Assembly: GCA_044892525.1 (NCBI GenBank)
Contig: CM097885.1
Location: 52,578,001-52,642,000 of the forward strand
DNA: 64,000 nucleotides
Reading direction: 5' to 3'
DNA from: Schmidtea polychroa
Taxonomy: Eukaryota
Position 1 is the stretch's first letter, and every line of letters begins with the position of its first letter. A model generated the notes under the pieces. It ran no database searches and had not been told where the DNA came from. It saw nothing but the letters and a program-made list of their open reading frames with translations. The position numbers and the translations under genes are program-made. Positions 1 through 10,207 of the stretch are shown piece after piece.

Positions 1-705
1 ATACATTGAAATCTCTTCTCCATTAAAATCAATCAATTCTCCTTCTTGATTAAGAATTTTAAAATTAATATCCATTATATATTTTCTACATAAAGGTAAA
101 TAATTTGGAGGATTCATTCTTTCAACTATTTTATATCCCATAGGAACTGTGTTTGAGGGAAAGGAATATAAAACATTTGTTTGTTTACCATTATTATAAG
201 AACCTGTTATACAATCGCAATGAATATTTATTGTGTTTGTATTTATTATTTTTATAATATGTTCTGATGTTATTATTTTATCTTCTTTTATTGTTATATC
301 CATAGGTTTAAATCCTAAAACTGTGTGAAAGAAACAATTATCTAAAAAACTAATTTTTATATTCTTCAAAGTCATTACACATTTTGAAGTTGGTATATCC
401 ATTTTAATTTTAATACCTTCATTTGTTTTTTTAGAAAGTATATCATTTAAATCTTTTATCTCATATGCCCCAGGTTCTATTGTTATAATTTCTGGTTTAT
501 GCCCATCACGAGTTTGAATAGTAAATTTATTATTATCTTTAGTTATATTAAAAATAGTATTATAAGCACAAAACCATAATAGCCCCAATTCATAATTTAA
601 ATTTTGATCTAATTTAATTGAATCTTGAAAGTTTATAGTAAACTCTGATTCTTTTGAATTTATAGATAAAGTTCTTGAATATTTATCTGACATTATGTTT
701 ACCAT
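1..705 (-). CDS. Maverick minor capsid protein (penton), 3' end runs off window
   Basis: Manual translation from ATG 705: MVNIMSDKYSRTLSINSKESEFTINFQDSIKLD..YELGL..IEPGAYEIKDLND..VLGF..YSFPSNTVPMGYKIVERMNPPNYLPL..NQEGELIDFNGEEI, the Polinton penton pattern. An upstream ATG at 743 is one base out of frame across an A7 run. Confidence 0.8.
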   Translation of the reverse strand, partial: MVNIMSDKYSRTLSINSKESEFTINFQDSIKLDQNLNYELGLLWFCAYNTIFNITKDNNKFTIQTRDGHKPEIITIEPGAYEIKDLNDILSKKTNEGIKIKMDIPTSKCVMTLKNIKISFLDNCFFHTVLGFKPMDITIKEDKIITSEHIIKIINTNTINIHCDCITGSYNNGKQTNVLYSFPSNTVPMGYKIVERMNPPNYLPLCRKYIMDINFKILNQEGELIDFNGEEISMY

Positions 706-791
706 TTTTTTAAATTATCTTCCGGAGGGTTGTGAAGCTCCATTTCTTTAGTAGTAAATTCATATAGTAAAAATCCTTATAGTAAAAATCC

Positions 792-1256
792 TTATAGTAG
801 AGATTCTAGATCATTATAAATTTCTTGAATTATAGATTCAAAATCCTGCGTATGCCCCTTTCCCTCTCCCTTATTCAATCTATACAAAACATATAAACTT
901 AATATACCACATATTTTAGTATTCAAAGGTTGAACTTGTAAAGAGTTAAAAGTATAACCATTTGGGGAATCAATCGGAGAACCCCTCAAGAGATAATCTT
1001 CAACTTCTTTAGTAGGTTTAATCCCAAAAGAATCAAAGTAGATAGATTTCTTATATATACAAACCCAATGAGATCCTTTTTCATTTGAATTTTGATAATT
1101 GATTATTATATTCAGGGGACTCTCCAGACTTGATAATTCATCATTCATTAATATTTTAATTTTTAAATTTAAATAATTTGCATAATCTTTTAAATCAAAA
1201 TTTGTTTTTGCATTTATTCCAAATGTTTTTAAAAAATCTAATATTGAAGGAGTCAT
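792..1256 (-). CDS. Adenain-like cysteine protease of Maverick 1
   Basis: GSHWVC (His), YFDSFG (Asp) and QVQ..ICG (Gln/Cys) catalytic motifs. Confidence 0.9.
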   Translation of the reverse strand: MTPSILDFLKTFGINAKTNFDLKDYANYLNLKIKILMNDELSSLESPLNIIINYQNSNEKGSHWVCIYKKSIYFDSFGIKPTKEVEDYLLRGSPIDSPNGYTFNSLQVQPLNTKICGILSLYVLYRLNKGEGKGHTQDFESIIQEIYNDLESLL

Positions 1257-1278
1257 TTTGTATTTTAAAACTTCGTAT

Positions 1279-2160
1279 TTATAACTTCGTATACTTATTA
1301 AATTTATCTTTTGAAATTATTCCTTGTTTTAACAAATCTTTAGAAATCTTTAAAATATCAGAATCTAAATTATTATGTCCTGCTTTCCTTGCAGCTAATA
1401 GTTTTCTTAATTCAATAAAAAGATTGATGGGATTTGGTTTACCACCTTCACTAATTAATCCCTCTCCCTCTGTAACAACATAACCCTTTTCATTTTTATT
1501 TAAATAATTCTTTAAATCTTGAATATATTTTGCTTTAGAACTAGCTCTTATTAATCTTATTAAATTTAAATATTTTTTAATTTCTTCAACATCATCTGAA
1601 GAATATCCACAAAGTAATCTATAAAAATCATCTGTAAATTCAAAGTCTAAATATTCTTTATTATAAACATTTTGTGAATGAATACGTGATTTATTTTCTG
1701 AATTTGAATATAAAGTAAAGTTTTGTTTATTAATTGTTATTATTTGATATCCTTCAGTATTAGTATTAAATGTGGGTCTAATTGAAGGAGGTAAATCATC
1801 TCTAATTTTAGGATCAACTTTAAGAGGTTTTGTTTTTAAAAACATTTTTTCTTCTTCCACATTAGAAATTCTTCTGCGTTTTCTTTGATTTCTTTCAGGA
1901 TGGTTTTCACTGGATTCTTTTTCTTTATCCTGCCACTCTAGTTCTTTTATTTTTTGTTTTTTATCTTCTAACTCTTTAAATTTTGCTTGCTCATTGAAAT
2001 CTTCCAACTCTTTTATAGCTTTAATTGTTGGCCCCTGTTGTTGTGTTATTACCTCATTTAATATTATAGATTCAGCATGTTGAGTTGTATCTTTTTTATT
2101 ATATTTATCTTGTTCTGATTGTAATTTTTTTAAAAGTGCTAATCTTTCTTCATATACCAT
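1279..2160 (-). CDS. Maverick/adintovirus conserved hypothetical protein (293 aa)
   Basis: Intact ORF inside the virion module. The C-terminal LRKLLAARKAGHNN..DLLKQGII motif resembles a recurrent adintovirus ORF. Confidence 0.6.
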   Translation of the reverse strand: MVYEERLALLKKLQSEQDKYNKKDTTQHAESIILNEVITQQQGPTIKAIKELEDFNEQAKFKELEDKKQKIKELEWQDKEKESSENHPERNQRKRRRISNVEEEKMFLKTKPLKVDPKIRDDLPPSIRPTFNTNTEGYQIITINKQNFTLYSNSENKSRIHSQNVYNKEYLDFEFTDDFYRLLCGYSSDDVEEIKKYLNLIRLIRASSKAKYIQDLKNYLNKNEKGYVVTEGEGLISEGGKPNPINLFIELRKLLAARKAGHNNLDSDILKISKDLLKQGIISKDKFNKYTKL

Positions 2161-2182
2161 TTTAATGGTATCAAAAATGGTA

Positions 2183-2761
2183 TCATAGTTCGAAGGGCTT
2201 CAAGTATAATCCTTTACCATTTTTAGTTTTACAAAGGCATCCATTCTTTAAAGATTTACATATTTTTTTTAAATCTTCTTTATCTTTTGAAGATAAAGAT
2301 TCAGATGTAGAAATTTGATTTTTTAAAAAATCATTTAAACCTCTACCTTTATAAGGATCAAGATAGAGACCTTTGCCCTGAGACTTTTGCCGACTCCCCT
2401 CATATGGATTAAGATAGAGACCCTTTCCAACGTACACTCCCCCTTTAGCTTGCCCTACCTTCTTCATTGAATCGATTTCAGTTTGTAGTTTTTCTTTTTC
2501 TAGGTCTGTCTTTTGAGATTCTTTAGCTTTTTGAACTGTAGTTGCAATTCCTCCAGCTATTCCAGCAGCACCTGATAAACCAGCAATGATTGCAGGTATT
2601 AAAGCAGCTAATGGAAGAATGCCACCTTCTTTGACTTCGTGGAGCTTCGCTCTAACTTGTTCTTTTACATGTTTTCCAATAAAATATTTTTTACCATCAA
2701 TTACTACTGATTTATTTTTATTTGAATTTATTAATTCTTGCAAAGATTCTTCAGTTGTCAT
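2183..2761 (-). CDS. Maverick core/membrane-active virion protein with protease cleavage motifs
   Basis: EGG-ILPLAALIPAIIAGL hydrophobic segment after a GG site (similar to adenovirus pX/pVI-type peptides); repeated GKGLYL motifs. Confidence 0.65.
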   Translation of the reverse strand: MTTEESLQELINSNKNKSVVIDGKKYFIGKHVKEQVRAKLHEVKEGGILPLAALIPAIIAGLSGAAGIAGGIATTVQKAKESQKTDLEKEKLQTEIDSMKKVGQAKGGVYVGKGLYLNPYEGSRQKSQGKGLYLDPYKGRGLNDFLKNQISTSESLSSKDKEDLKKICKSLKNGCLCKTKNGKGLYLKPFEL

Positions 2762-2776
2762 TTTATAATAAACAAA

Positions 2777-3557
2777 ATGGATGTTTGGAAACCAATTTTA
2801 AATAGACATAAGAGTAAATTTAATAATAAAGTATTTCCTGATAATTTTAGATTATTAATTGTTGGTTCTTCTGGATGTGGAAAGAATGTACTTGTTTTGA
2901 GAATGTTACTTGAAGATGATTTTTTAGATTATAATAATTTAATCTTTTATTCTACAACCAGAATTACAACTTTTGAAATGTGGATTTGAAAATAAATTAA
3001 CTAAAAAAGCAATAATTGATATTTTTAAAAATCAACATAGGTGTCCTGAAGAAGTTTTTCAACCTTGTGATATGGTTGATTGGTATAAGGAAAAGATTTT
3101 AGAATCAGATATTAGTAATAAAAATGATTATATTTGTGAAGAAGGGCAGGAGGCAATTCAAGTTTTATTCTCTAATAAACCTGAAGATGTTTTACATTGT
3201 GATTTACTTCCTAAAGATAAAAAGAATCTAGTTATATTTGATGATGTTGTTAATATGAAAAATCAAGAGATTCAAAAGAGTTACTTTACACGAGGTCGAC
3301 ATAATAATTGTAATGTTATTTATATATCTCAAACATATTATGCTTTAGATAAAAATTCAATAAGAAATAATTCCAATTGTTTTATATTTTTTAAATTAGA
3401 TCGCCGTGATAAGAATATGATTTATAATGATTTATTTTCAAATGTTGAACCTGATAAGAATATGTTTGATATGTTTGTTGATAATCATTGGAAAGAAAAA
3501 TATAATTATATTTATTTGGATAGAGAAGAAGCTGAAATATGGAAAAGTTTGTTTTAG
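2777..3557 (+). pseudogene. FtsK/A32-like packaging ATPase of Maverick 1, frameshifted near 2960
   Basis: Walker A GSSGCGKN is in ORF 2738-2989 (ATG 2777). Walker B LVIFDD and the TRGRH..SQTY..IRNN motifs are in ORF 2973-3557, a different frame. Confidence 0.85.
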
Positions 3558-3568
3558 GGCTTGTCGAC

Positions 3569-4978
3569 TTAAAAATCTGTTTTCTGTAGTTCATTATTAT
3601 AAAATCTACCTAATATTTTTTCATTATTTAAATCAAAGATGGTATATGTTATTGGAGTTGTATAATGTATTTTATTTATAATAAAAATTTCATTTGTCCA
3701 TTTTGCTGTGAATCCTTTTTCAAATTTATTTTTATATTTAAATATTCTTACTCGGTCACCAATTTTAAACGTTGGTTTTTCAATAACATCATTTTCAATA
3801 TTTACCACTTTAATGGTTTCAGGCTTCATGGAAGCATTTAAAGGTGTTAATTTTATAGAACTATGTACATCATTATTATATTCATTTACAATCTTTTGTA
3901 ACAATTCATTGTTCCATTTTTGTTTTCCAATAGCAGTAAAATATTTCCACATTTTATTTTTTAATGTTCTATTTAATCTTTCAACTACGACTGCTTTTCC
4001 TTCGTTTTCTGTTGAATATAATTTAATATCATTTTCATTTAAAAACTTTGTAAAAACTTTGTTATAAAATTCTGTTCCTTTATCACACCATAAATATTTT
4101 GGGATTCTTTGATTTTCTTCAAATATATTTTCAAATGCTTCTGTAATAGAATATCCTGTTTTATTTTCTAAACATCTTGCTAAAGCAAATCTTGTATATA
4201 AATCTATTACAGTTAAAATTATTTTATATTTTTCAGGGTCTGATGATTTGGGCATAAAGACTAAATCTGCAGACCATGTTTGATCTTTTTCATGTACTTG
4301 AACTTTTAAATATTTTTTATTTTTTCTAAATTCATGGTGTAATTCCTTTGCATATTTTATTTCTGATTCTGTTGGGGTTTGTAAACTAGTCTTGGCTGTA
4401 CTCTCGAGGGATCTTTCAATCTCTGCTTGTTCGATAATCTTTTTATAAGCAACATCTTTTGCTTTCCTAGGAAGTCTTGCACCCATGGTGATCGGACTGT
4501 GTCCTAAGCCTATGAAAATCTTACCTTTCATTGCTAATTTAACTAGAGCTCTTTGAATCTTTTCTTGGGTTGATGGATTTTGGATACTATTTAAATCATG
4601 TATTAAATTCACATCTGCAACATGTCTATCTCTAAGATTTGTTGAATTGTATGCAATGTCATGTTTTAAAGCTGCTTGATCAATTCTATTTATTGGTTCT
4701 TCTCCTTGTTTGGGATTATTATTTTCATCTAATCTAATATCTAGACGTGTTCCTGGTCCAGTATAGTTGTGTTTAAATAAATGTCTTTCACCTGGATATT
4801 TTTCTGTAGTAAAAGGTTTTAATATTGAAGATGTTGTTTTTGAAGATTGCAAATCGCCTCCAGCTCGTGGAATTAGATCACCTCCTGTATGTTTTTTAGT
4901 TTTTAAATGACTTGCTTTATGATGTCTTGTAACTTGACAATTACAACTTTCACATCTCCAATATTTATTTAGAGACAT
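3569..4978 (-). CDS. Fusion of C2H2-type Zn finger, parvovirus-type PLA2 domain and retroviral-like (rve) integrase
   Basis: CESC..H..H; HNYTGPGT..DQAALKHDIAY..RHVAD (PLA2); WSADL, CDKGTEF, VVERLNRTLK (DDE); FKIGDRVRI..WTNEIF..FYNNELQ C-terminus. Confidence 0.9.
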   Translation of the reverse strand: MSLNKYWRCESCNCQVTRHHKASHLKTKKHTGGDLIPRAGGDLQSSKTTSSILKPFTTEKYPGERHLFKHNYTGPGTRLDIRLDENNNPKQGEEPINRIDQAALKHDIAYNSTNLRDRHVADVNLIHDLNSIQNPSTQEKIQRALVKLAMKGKIFIGLGHSPITMGARLPRKAKDVAYKKIIEQAEIERSLESTAKTSLQTPTESEIKYAKELHHEFRKNKKYLKVQVHEKDQTWSADLVFMPKSSDPEKYKIILTVIDLYTRFALARCLENKTGYSITEAFENIFEENQRIPKYLWCDKGTEFYNKVFTKFLNENDIKLYSTENEGKAVVVERLNRTLKNKMWKYFTAIGKQKWNNELLQKIVNEYNNDVHSSIKLTPLNASMKPETIKVVNIENDVIEKPTFKIGDRVRIFKYKNKFEKGFTAKWTNEIFIINKIHYTTPITYTIFDLNNEKILGRFYNNELQKTDF

Positions 4979-5007
4979 TTAAAAATGTTAAAATATCAGG
5001 GATTATA

Positions 5008-6300
5008 TCAAGAATCTCCCCTAACATTTTCGATTATTGAAATCTTTCCATCATATAATTTCATTTCTATTTTCTTTTCTTCTAATATTAATGTATATAC
5101 TTTAGCTTTAAAATTAGAATCCTTTGTTACATGAAGTGTAACATCAACATTATTTATGGCTAGGCGATCATCTTGGTCTGAAACATTTATACAAAATATA
5201 GAATATAAATATTTGAAATCTTCTAAACTTAATTGCGGTTCAACTTTGAAATCATAACATGTTTCAATATAATTTAGATATGGGAATATGTTTTCATTAT
5301 TTTCAATATTAAATTCCATTCTATTTATTGGATAATAAGAACTATTTAATTGAATTTGGATTGTTTTTAAATTATCAACTCCAATCTTTTGAATAAACAA
5401 GTTTTTATTTTTTTGGAAAGATGAATCTACTTCTTTGAATCCAATCAAGATATATCTTGGTCGGTATGCTAAATTTGCTACCTTTATAGAATATGTTGAA
5501 CCCTCTGTCATACTAAATTCACTACAGATTCTATTTAAATAATTTACATTTATAGACTTGTTGGAATTTAATCTTTCAAGGAGTTTAATCTCAGAATGTG
5601 GGTTTAATGTCCATTCAGGTATATGTAATTCAAGTGTTGATAATTTTAATTTAGCTTTTGTATCTACAGCTCCATAGAACAATCTTTTATCACCTTCTAC
5701 TCTATTACAGATGAATTCTATAAAAACATTATGAAGTATACGATTATAGTTTTGAAGGAATCCAAACAAGTGTTTTAATTCAAAATAACCTTCAAATTTT
5801 TTAGATTTATAAAGTTCAGCTCTTTTATGGTAACCATGGTTTACATCTAAACCATCTTTATCTAAATCCCCTTTATTAACATCAGGAATCCAACCTGTTA
5901 ATTCACCATATTCGTTTTTATAATCACAACCAGTCAAAATAAAATTTAACATTGTAGAATATACTCCCGGATGCAAAACAGTTTCAATTTCTGATGATCC
6001 TAGTTTTAATCTCATGTTGGAGAATAAATTTGGAAAGAAATTATTTTCTAGGGTTATATCTTTGTTTGCTTCAATTTCTAATTCGATTTTATAATATAAT
6101 TTGGCATTAAAAATATCTATAGGGTTTGATGTTTGAAGAGATTGAAAAACTATATCACCCCTACGATTTAAGTTTGCAATCGATCCTGACGTAGGGGATA
6201 TTTTAAGTACATCATTTTTCTTGATTTCATGAGTAAATTCTTTATTATAATCAAGATTTAATTTATTTTTTTCTTGAATTTTAAGATTTATATTATTCAT
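5008..6300 (-). CDS. Maverick major capsid protein (double jelly-roll, hexon-like)
   Basis: 430 aa with NNFFPNLFS, LKHLFGF, RPRYILIGF, YYP..F and IFCINVSDQ motifs typical of Polinton MCPs; lies in the virion module. Confidence 0.85.
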   Translation of the reverse strand: MNNINLKIQEKNKLNLDYNKEFTHEIKKNDVLKISPTSGSIANLNRRGDIVFQSLQTSNPIDIFNAKLYYKIELEIEANKDITLENNFFPNLFSNMRLKLGSSEIETVLHPGVYSTMLNFILTGCDYKNEYGELTGWIPDVNKGDLDKDGLDVNHGYHKRAELYKSKKFEGYFELKHLFGFLQNYNRILHNVFIEFICNRVEGDKRLFYGAVDTKAKLKLSTLELHIPEWTLNPHSEIKLLERLNSNKSINVNYLNRICSEFSMTEGSTYSIKVANLAYRPRYILIGFKEVDSSFQKNKNLFIQKIGVDNLKTIQIQLNSSYYPINRMEFNIENNENIFPYLNYIETCYDFKVEPQLSLEDFKYLYSIFCINVSDQDDRLAINNVDVTLHVTKDSNFKAKVYTLILEEKKIEMKLYDGKISIIENVRGDS

Positions 6301-6356
6301 TTTTATATATTAAAATTTACACACACACAATAGGATTAATTAAATATAATTTGTAA

Positions 6357-6438
6357 GCCATTATAGCGGAGTGGGAATAGGCTTCAATTTTATCACCGGG
6401 AGTACCGGGTTCAATTTTCGATTTTGGTCAATTTTTTT
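6357..6438 (+). ncRNA. tRNA-like Pol III unit 1 (degenerate)
   Basis: A-box TAGCGGAGTGG, B-box-like GGTTCAATT, then a T run. First of two ~240-bp diverged repeat units. Confidence 0.4.
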
Positions 6439-6598
6439 CGATATTTTTTTTCAACGGAATCTGATTCAGCGTACTGATTTTAGTATATATTTAAATTTTC
6501 AGATGGATCTGAGTGGTAGTTGTCGAGAAATGAATAATTAATTATCAATTTCATCAATAAATAGTCACACATTAACAACTTATTTTATATTGAGTATA

Positions 6599-6679
6599 GC
6601 TCTAATAGCTTAGTGGTAATAGCACTCGACTGCATTGCCAATACCAATGGGTTCAAATCCCATTTCGGTCATTTTTTTT
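6599..6679 (+). ncRNA. tRNA-Cys-like Pol III unit 2 (not a canonical tRNA)
   Basis: ATAGCTTAGTGGTAATAGCACTCGACTGCA resembles the tRNA-Cys(GCA) 5' half. T-arm ATGGG-TTCAAAT-CCCAT is perfect and a T8 terminator follows. Acceptor and anticodon stems do not pair. Confidence 0.55.
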
Positions 6680-6840
6680 CAAATTTTTTTTAACGAAATA
6701 TTGATCAGCATACTCGATTTAGTACTTGTACAAATTTTTAATGAGATTGGTCAACGGCAACTCTTGGAAATTTAAGATCAAAAACGTTTTAACTTAAGCT
6801 ACCAAAAATTAATATATCCAATAAAAAAATATTTATAAAA

Positions 6841-7110
6841 ATGGATGAGTTAAAAGAAAGAATGAGAAATGAATTGAATGAAGTTAAACATAAGAGAATG
6901 AAAAGAAGAGAAGAAGAACCATTAGAATACATCAAAGAGTTGATGGTAGATAATGAAAAGTATCGACATTTTTATATGAAGGCTGTAGATGTTGCTGATA
7001 TAAGATTGAAGAAAATGAAACAATTACAGGAAAGAGTTAAAGAACTTGAATCGATTATTTATAGTCTAAAAAATGACAAAAATCCAATCCTAGAAAGCGC
7101 AGTGGGCTAG
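6841..7110 (+). CDS. Small coiled-coil protein of Maverick 1 (89 aa)
   Basis: ATG in AAAAATGG context, charged helical composition; no recognisable domain. Confidence 0.45.
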   Translation: MDELKERMRNELNEVKHKRMKRREEEPLEYIKELMVDNEKYRHFYMKAVDVADIRLKKMKQLQERVKELESIIYSLKNDKNPILESAVG

Positions 7111-7170
7111 ACTGACACAGTGGTTCAAAATGCTAGCGGTTCAAATCACATCTGAGGTTAGTTTTTTTTT
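7088..7170 (+). ncRNA. tRNA-like Pol III unit 3 (degenerate)
   Basis: A-box AAGCGCAGTGG, B-box GGTTCAAATCA, T9 terminator. Confidence 0.4.
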
Positions 7171-8424
7171 CAACATAAAATAATATTAAAAATTTGAAAA
7201 TAATATTGAAAATAGTGTGGGTATCTTATATTTATAAAGTACTTGTATATTTTATTTTATTTATTTTATTTTATTTTATTTTTTTATTAATTAATTATTT
7301 TTTAAACATAAATATGAAAAAAAAAATATTGAAACGGGTGATGGTGGCGAACCGGTAATTATCGCCACCTGTCTTTCGAACACCCCCGGATCGATCCCGG
7401 TAATGTGCACATTTATTTCTCAGTTGTTTTCGGACCTCTTTCGGATTCGCTTTCGAATTCATTTGTACTTTCGAGCAGCACGCTTAAAACGCCGTTGAAA
7501 TCGACTTCGTGAGCGAGAAGCGAATAATAAGGTGTGCTGCTATTATCGGATTGATTCTGATGTATGAGTCTGGCCAGCTTGTATATTGGAAGAGATTTGA
7601 TAAACGAAAGAGGTTGAAATAAAAAAAAATGATCCGGATCAAAAAAAACTGTTGAGGGGACAGTGAAAAAAAAAAAAAAAAAATACCACTGTCCCCTCAG
7701 AGCAGTTTTACTATTTTTCATTTATTTTTTAATTTATATAATTTAAAATCAATAATCTGATAAAGATCAAATAGCCCTCTAACTTTTTCATAATGCCATT
7801 TTCTTTTCTATTCTCTTTTTAGTTTGAAGCTTTTGAGTTTGAGGCTTTAAAGATTAAAACAGTTAGAGTCATTAAGGGTGGTTGTTTTCAAAATATAGGG
7901 TTAAAATACTATAAAAGTATAAGTTTTAGGTTGTTTTTCTAATAGCTTAAGTGATTTGGAGGCATGTTTTTGTTGGGGGGCTGTTTTGGTTGGGTATATA
8001 ACCACACTACTAATTTGAAAACTGTTTTATCAAGAAAACTTTCCGCAAAATGTAATAGTGAAAAAACAATAAGCGAATTTAGCATCGGATTAAAGAGAGA
8101 TTACTAAGTTTATAGTTCAGAGTGTATAGAATGTGAACAAAAATATGATAGAGAAATTCATTTTCCTAAATATTAATCATGTCACAAAGAGAAAATATTA
8201 CAATATCAGAAAGATTATTCAAAAAAGAATAAAGAAAGAATTATTAGGAGGGCTAAAAAAGATATTCTGAAAATTCAAAAGATAAATTAGCTAATCATTT
8301 ATATGGAGGTATAAGAAGAGCATTAAAACAAAATTTTAATGATGAAGAAGAAATAAAAAAATATTTTAATTTTCATCTTTTTTTTCACATTTTTCTTATA
8401 ATTTTAGAGTAACGAATTTTGATA

Positions 8425-8736
8425 TTAATCGTACCGAGTCACAGACCCTTCTGAAATCTTTTGCAAAACTTGATTTACTTCACAATATATGTTATGAATT
8501 TTTTTCGATAATTTGAATGAGTTCAAGTCCAAAAGAAAGCCTTGAGAAACATGATCGTTCTCTTGAAATTCACACATAGTCAGAGTGTACAAGCAACTTG
8601 ATTTGTTGAAATTTGAGTTGACTTGCTTCCAGTCTTCTTTAATTTTCCTCATCCGATTCGCACATGAAGTATATTCAATATCTTTGTTGATGGAGGTCAT
8701 CATAGTCCTTTCTTTATCCTTAAAAAACGCAACCAC
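8425..8736 (-). pseudogene. Truncated paralog of the C-terminal part of RING protein 47121-47954
   Basis: MMTSINK..NRM.KI..DWK.VNSNFNK..LLDL.SFKLSKKIH.IYCEVNQVLQKISEG.VTRYD is shared with the 47121-47954 product. Confidence 0.75.
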
Positions 8737-9130
8737 GAGTATTCACATTTTAATTTGTGATTCTTTGGATCAACTGGAGTCTCGTGGAATTCAATGTTGT
8801 CAGTTAAAAGGAGTCAAAATGGTTATATTTTTGTTTTTTATTCATTGCTCGAATGTTTGAAATTGACTGATTTGATTTACTTTATAATAATTAAGCGAAG
8901 AAATTTAAACTTTCTCAGAATTGCGCTCATAAATTATAATGGAGATATTTTGCATCGAATCTTTGCAATAAATCGTAATAAAACCTCCATGGGAAGGCAG
9001 GACTGTAATTGGTTATAATTGCATATATATTTTAAAGCTTACGCAAAAATTTAAATAATAAAAAATATTAAAATAAAATGCATTTATTTATTACTTATTA
9101 TTAAAATTCAAAAATATTCAAATTAAATGT

Positions 9131-10207
9131 TTAATTTTCACCGAAAGCTTCATACGCTATCGATATCAGAGCTTCCTTACTTAAAGACAATTTACTTTCT
9201 GAATTTTTATTCGGTTCGGTTTCAATTATTTGATGATCATTTTCATTATTATTACACTGAGAGTCTCTTTCATTGTTTTTATTCTCATTTATTTGTTCAT
9301 TGTTTCTAGCATTGTTCGAAGTATTTTGTTCACTGTTTTTTATTTGTTTCATTTCTTCTCTTTTATCGATTCTAGCTTTCACTTCATTTTTTTCATTTAT
9401 ATATTTTTTCCCAAGAAACTCATAAAAAACATATAGCATTCTATCAATACTACCATCGATGTCTGATAAATCTAAAAAATTAATATTATCATTTCTTATT
9501 TCTGTTGAATATTTTTCCATGAATGACGCAACAATATTTTCCTCCAATTCTTTTTGTTTCTTTTCTTTCTTTAAAATTACTTTATTTTTAGTTGGATTTG
9601 TTGCTTTGTTTTTACGATTTACCTTTTCACTTTTAACTGTAATCAAATTTGACTGGGTTGATACTTCTTTTTTCGGTCTGCCTCTTTTAGAACGAGTTTT
9701 GATAACTTTGTTTTCTGGATTTTTTCTCGGTCTTCCTTTTTTATTACATGGAAAGTCCTCAATTAAATCGCCATAAATATCCGGATTAAATAAAAGATCT
9801 GAATTATTTACATTTGAATTTAAATGCCGTTGAGGTAAATTATTATTATTGTTAAAGTAGAAGTTTTCATTGTTTGTTGTATTTTGTACCGGAATTTGTG
9901 AAGATTCACTTTTACCAATTTCATTCAAATTATTATTTTCATTGGGATTCGTTTCCATCAAATAATTCTGAAAATCTTTGTTGTTATTTTCACGATTATT
10001 TATTAGATATTCATTCATTGAATCTTCCTCGGGTGGCTTATTTGTAGCTTTGAATGGTTCTGCAGTGAATTCTTGCAATATATTTTCTTTAGTCAAATGT
10101 GAATAATTGTGCAATAATTCTGGTGAAACGGGATATGCGTACATTTCGTCGTCAACATAATATATTTTATATAAATCATCACCAATAAATGTAAATTTAT
10201 CCTTCAT
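9131..10207 (-). CDS. Asn-rich AT-hook protein (358 aa), unknown family
   Basis: Long intact ORF with two AT-hooks (KKGRPRK, KRGRPKK). Confidence 0.6.
   Translation of the reverse strand: MKDKFTFIGDDLYKIYYVDDEMYAYPVSPELLHNYSHLTKENILQEFTAEPFKATNKPPEEDSMNEYLINNRENNNKDFQNYLMETNPNENNNLNEIGKSESSQIPVQNTTNNENFYFNNNNNLPQRHLNSNVNNSDLLFNPDIYGDLIEDFPCNKKGRPRKNPENKVIKTRSKRGRPKKEVSTQSNLITVKSEKVNRKNKATNPTKNKVILKKEKKQKELEENIVASFMEKYSTEIRNDNINFLDLSDIDGSIDRMLYVFYEFLGKKYINEKNEVKARIDKREEMKQIKNSEQNTSNNARNNEQINENKNNERDSQCNNNENDHQIIETEPNKNSESKLSLSKEALISIAYEAFGEN

Larger units (their letters stand above)
1..8011. mobile_element. Maverick/Polinton (adintovirus-type) element 1, right part; left part outside window
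   Basis: Cluster of penton, adenain protease, ATPase, rve integrase and DJR major capsid ORFs. A candidate terminus ...TAACCACACTACT ends at 8011 (reverse complement AGTAGTGTGG..., typical Maverick end). The partner TIR and TSD are not in the window. Confidence 0.85.

Noticed and set aside
6599..6671. Functional tRNA-Cys
   Set aside because: Acceptor and anticodon stems cannot pair; kept only as tRNA-like.
8040..8290. CxxC-like nuclease-associated Zn-finger remnant
   Set aside because: Too degraded (stops and frameshifts) to assign.
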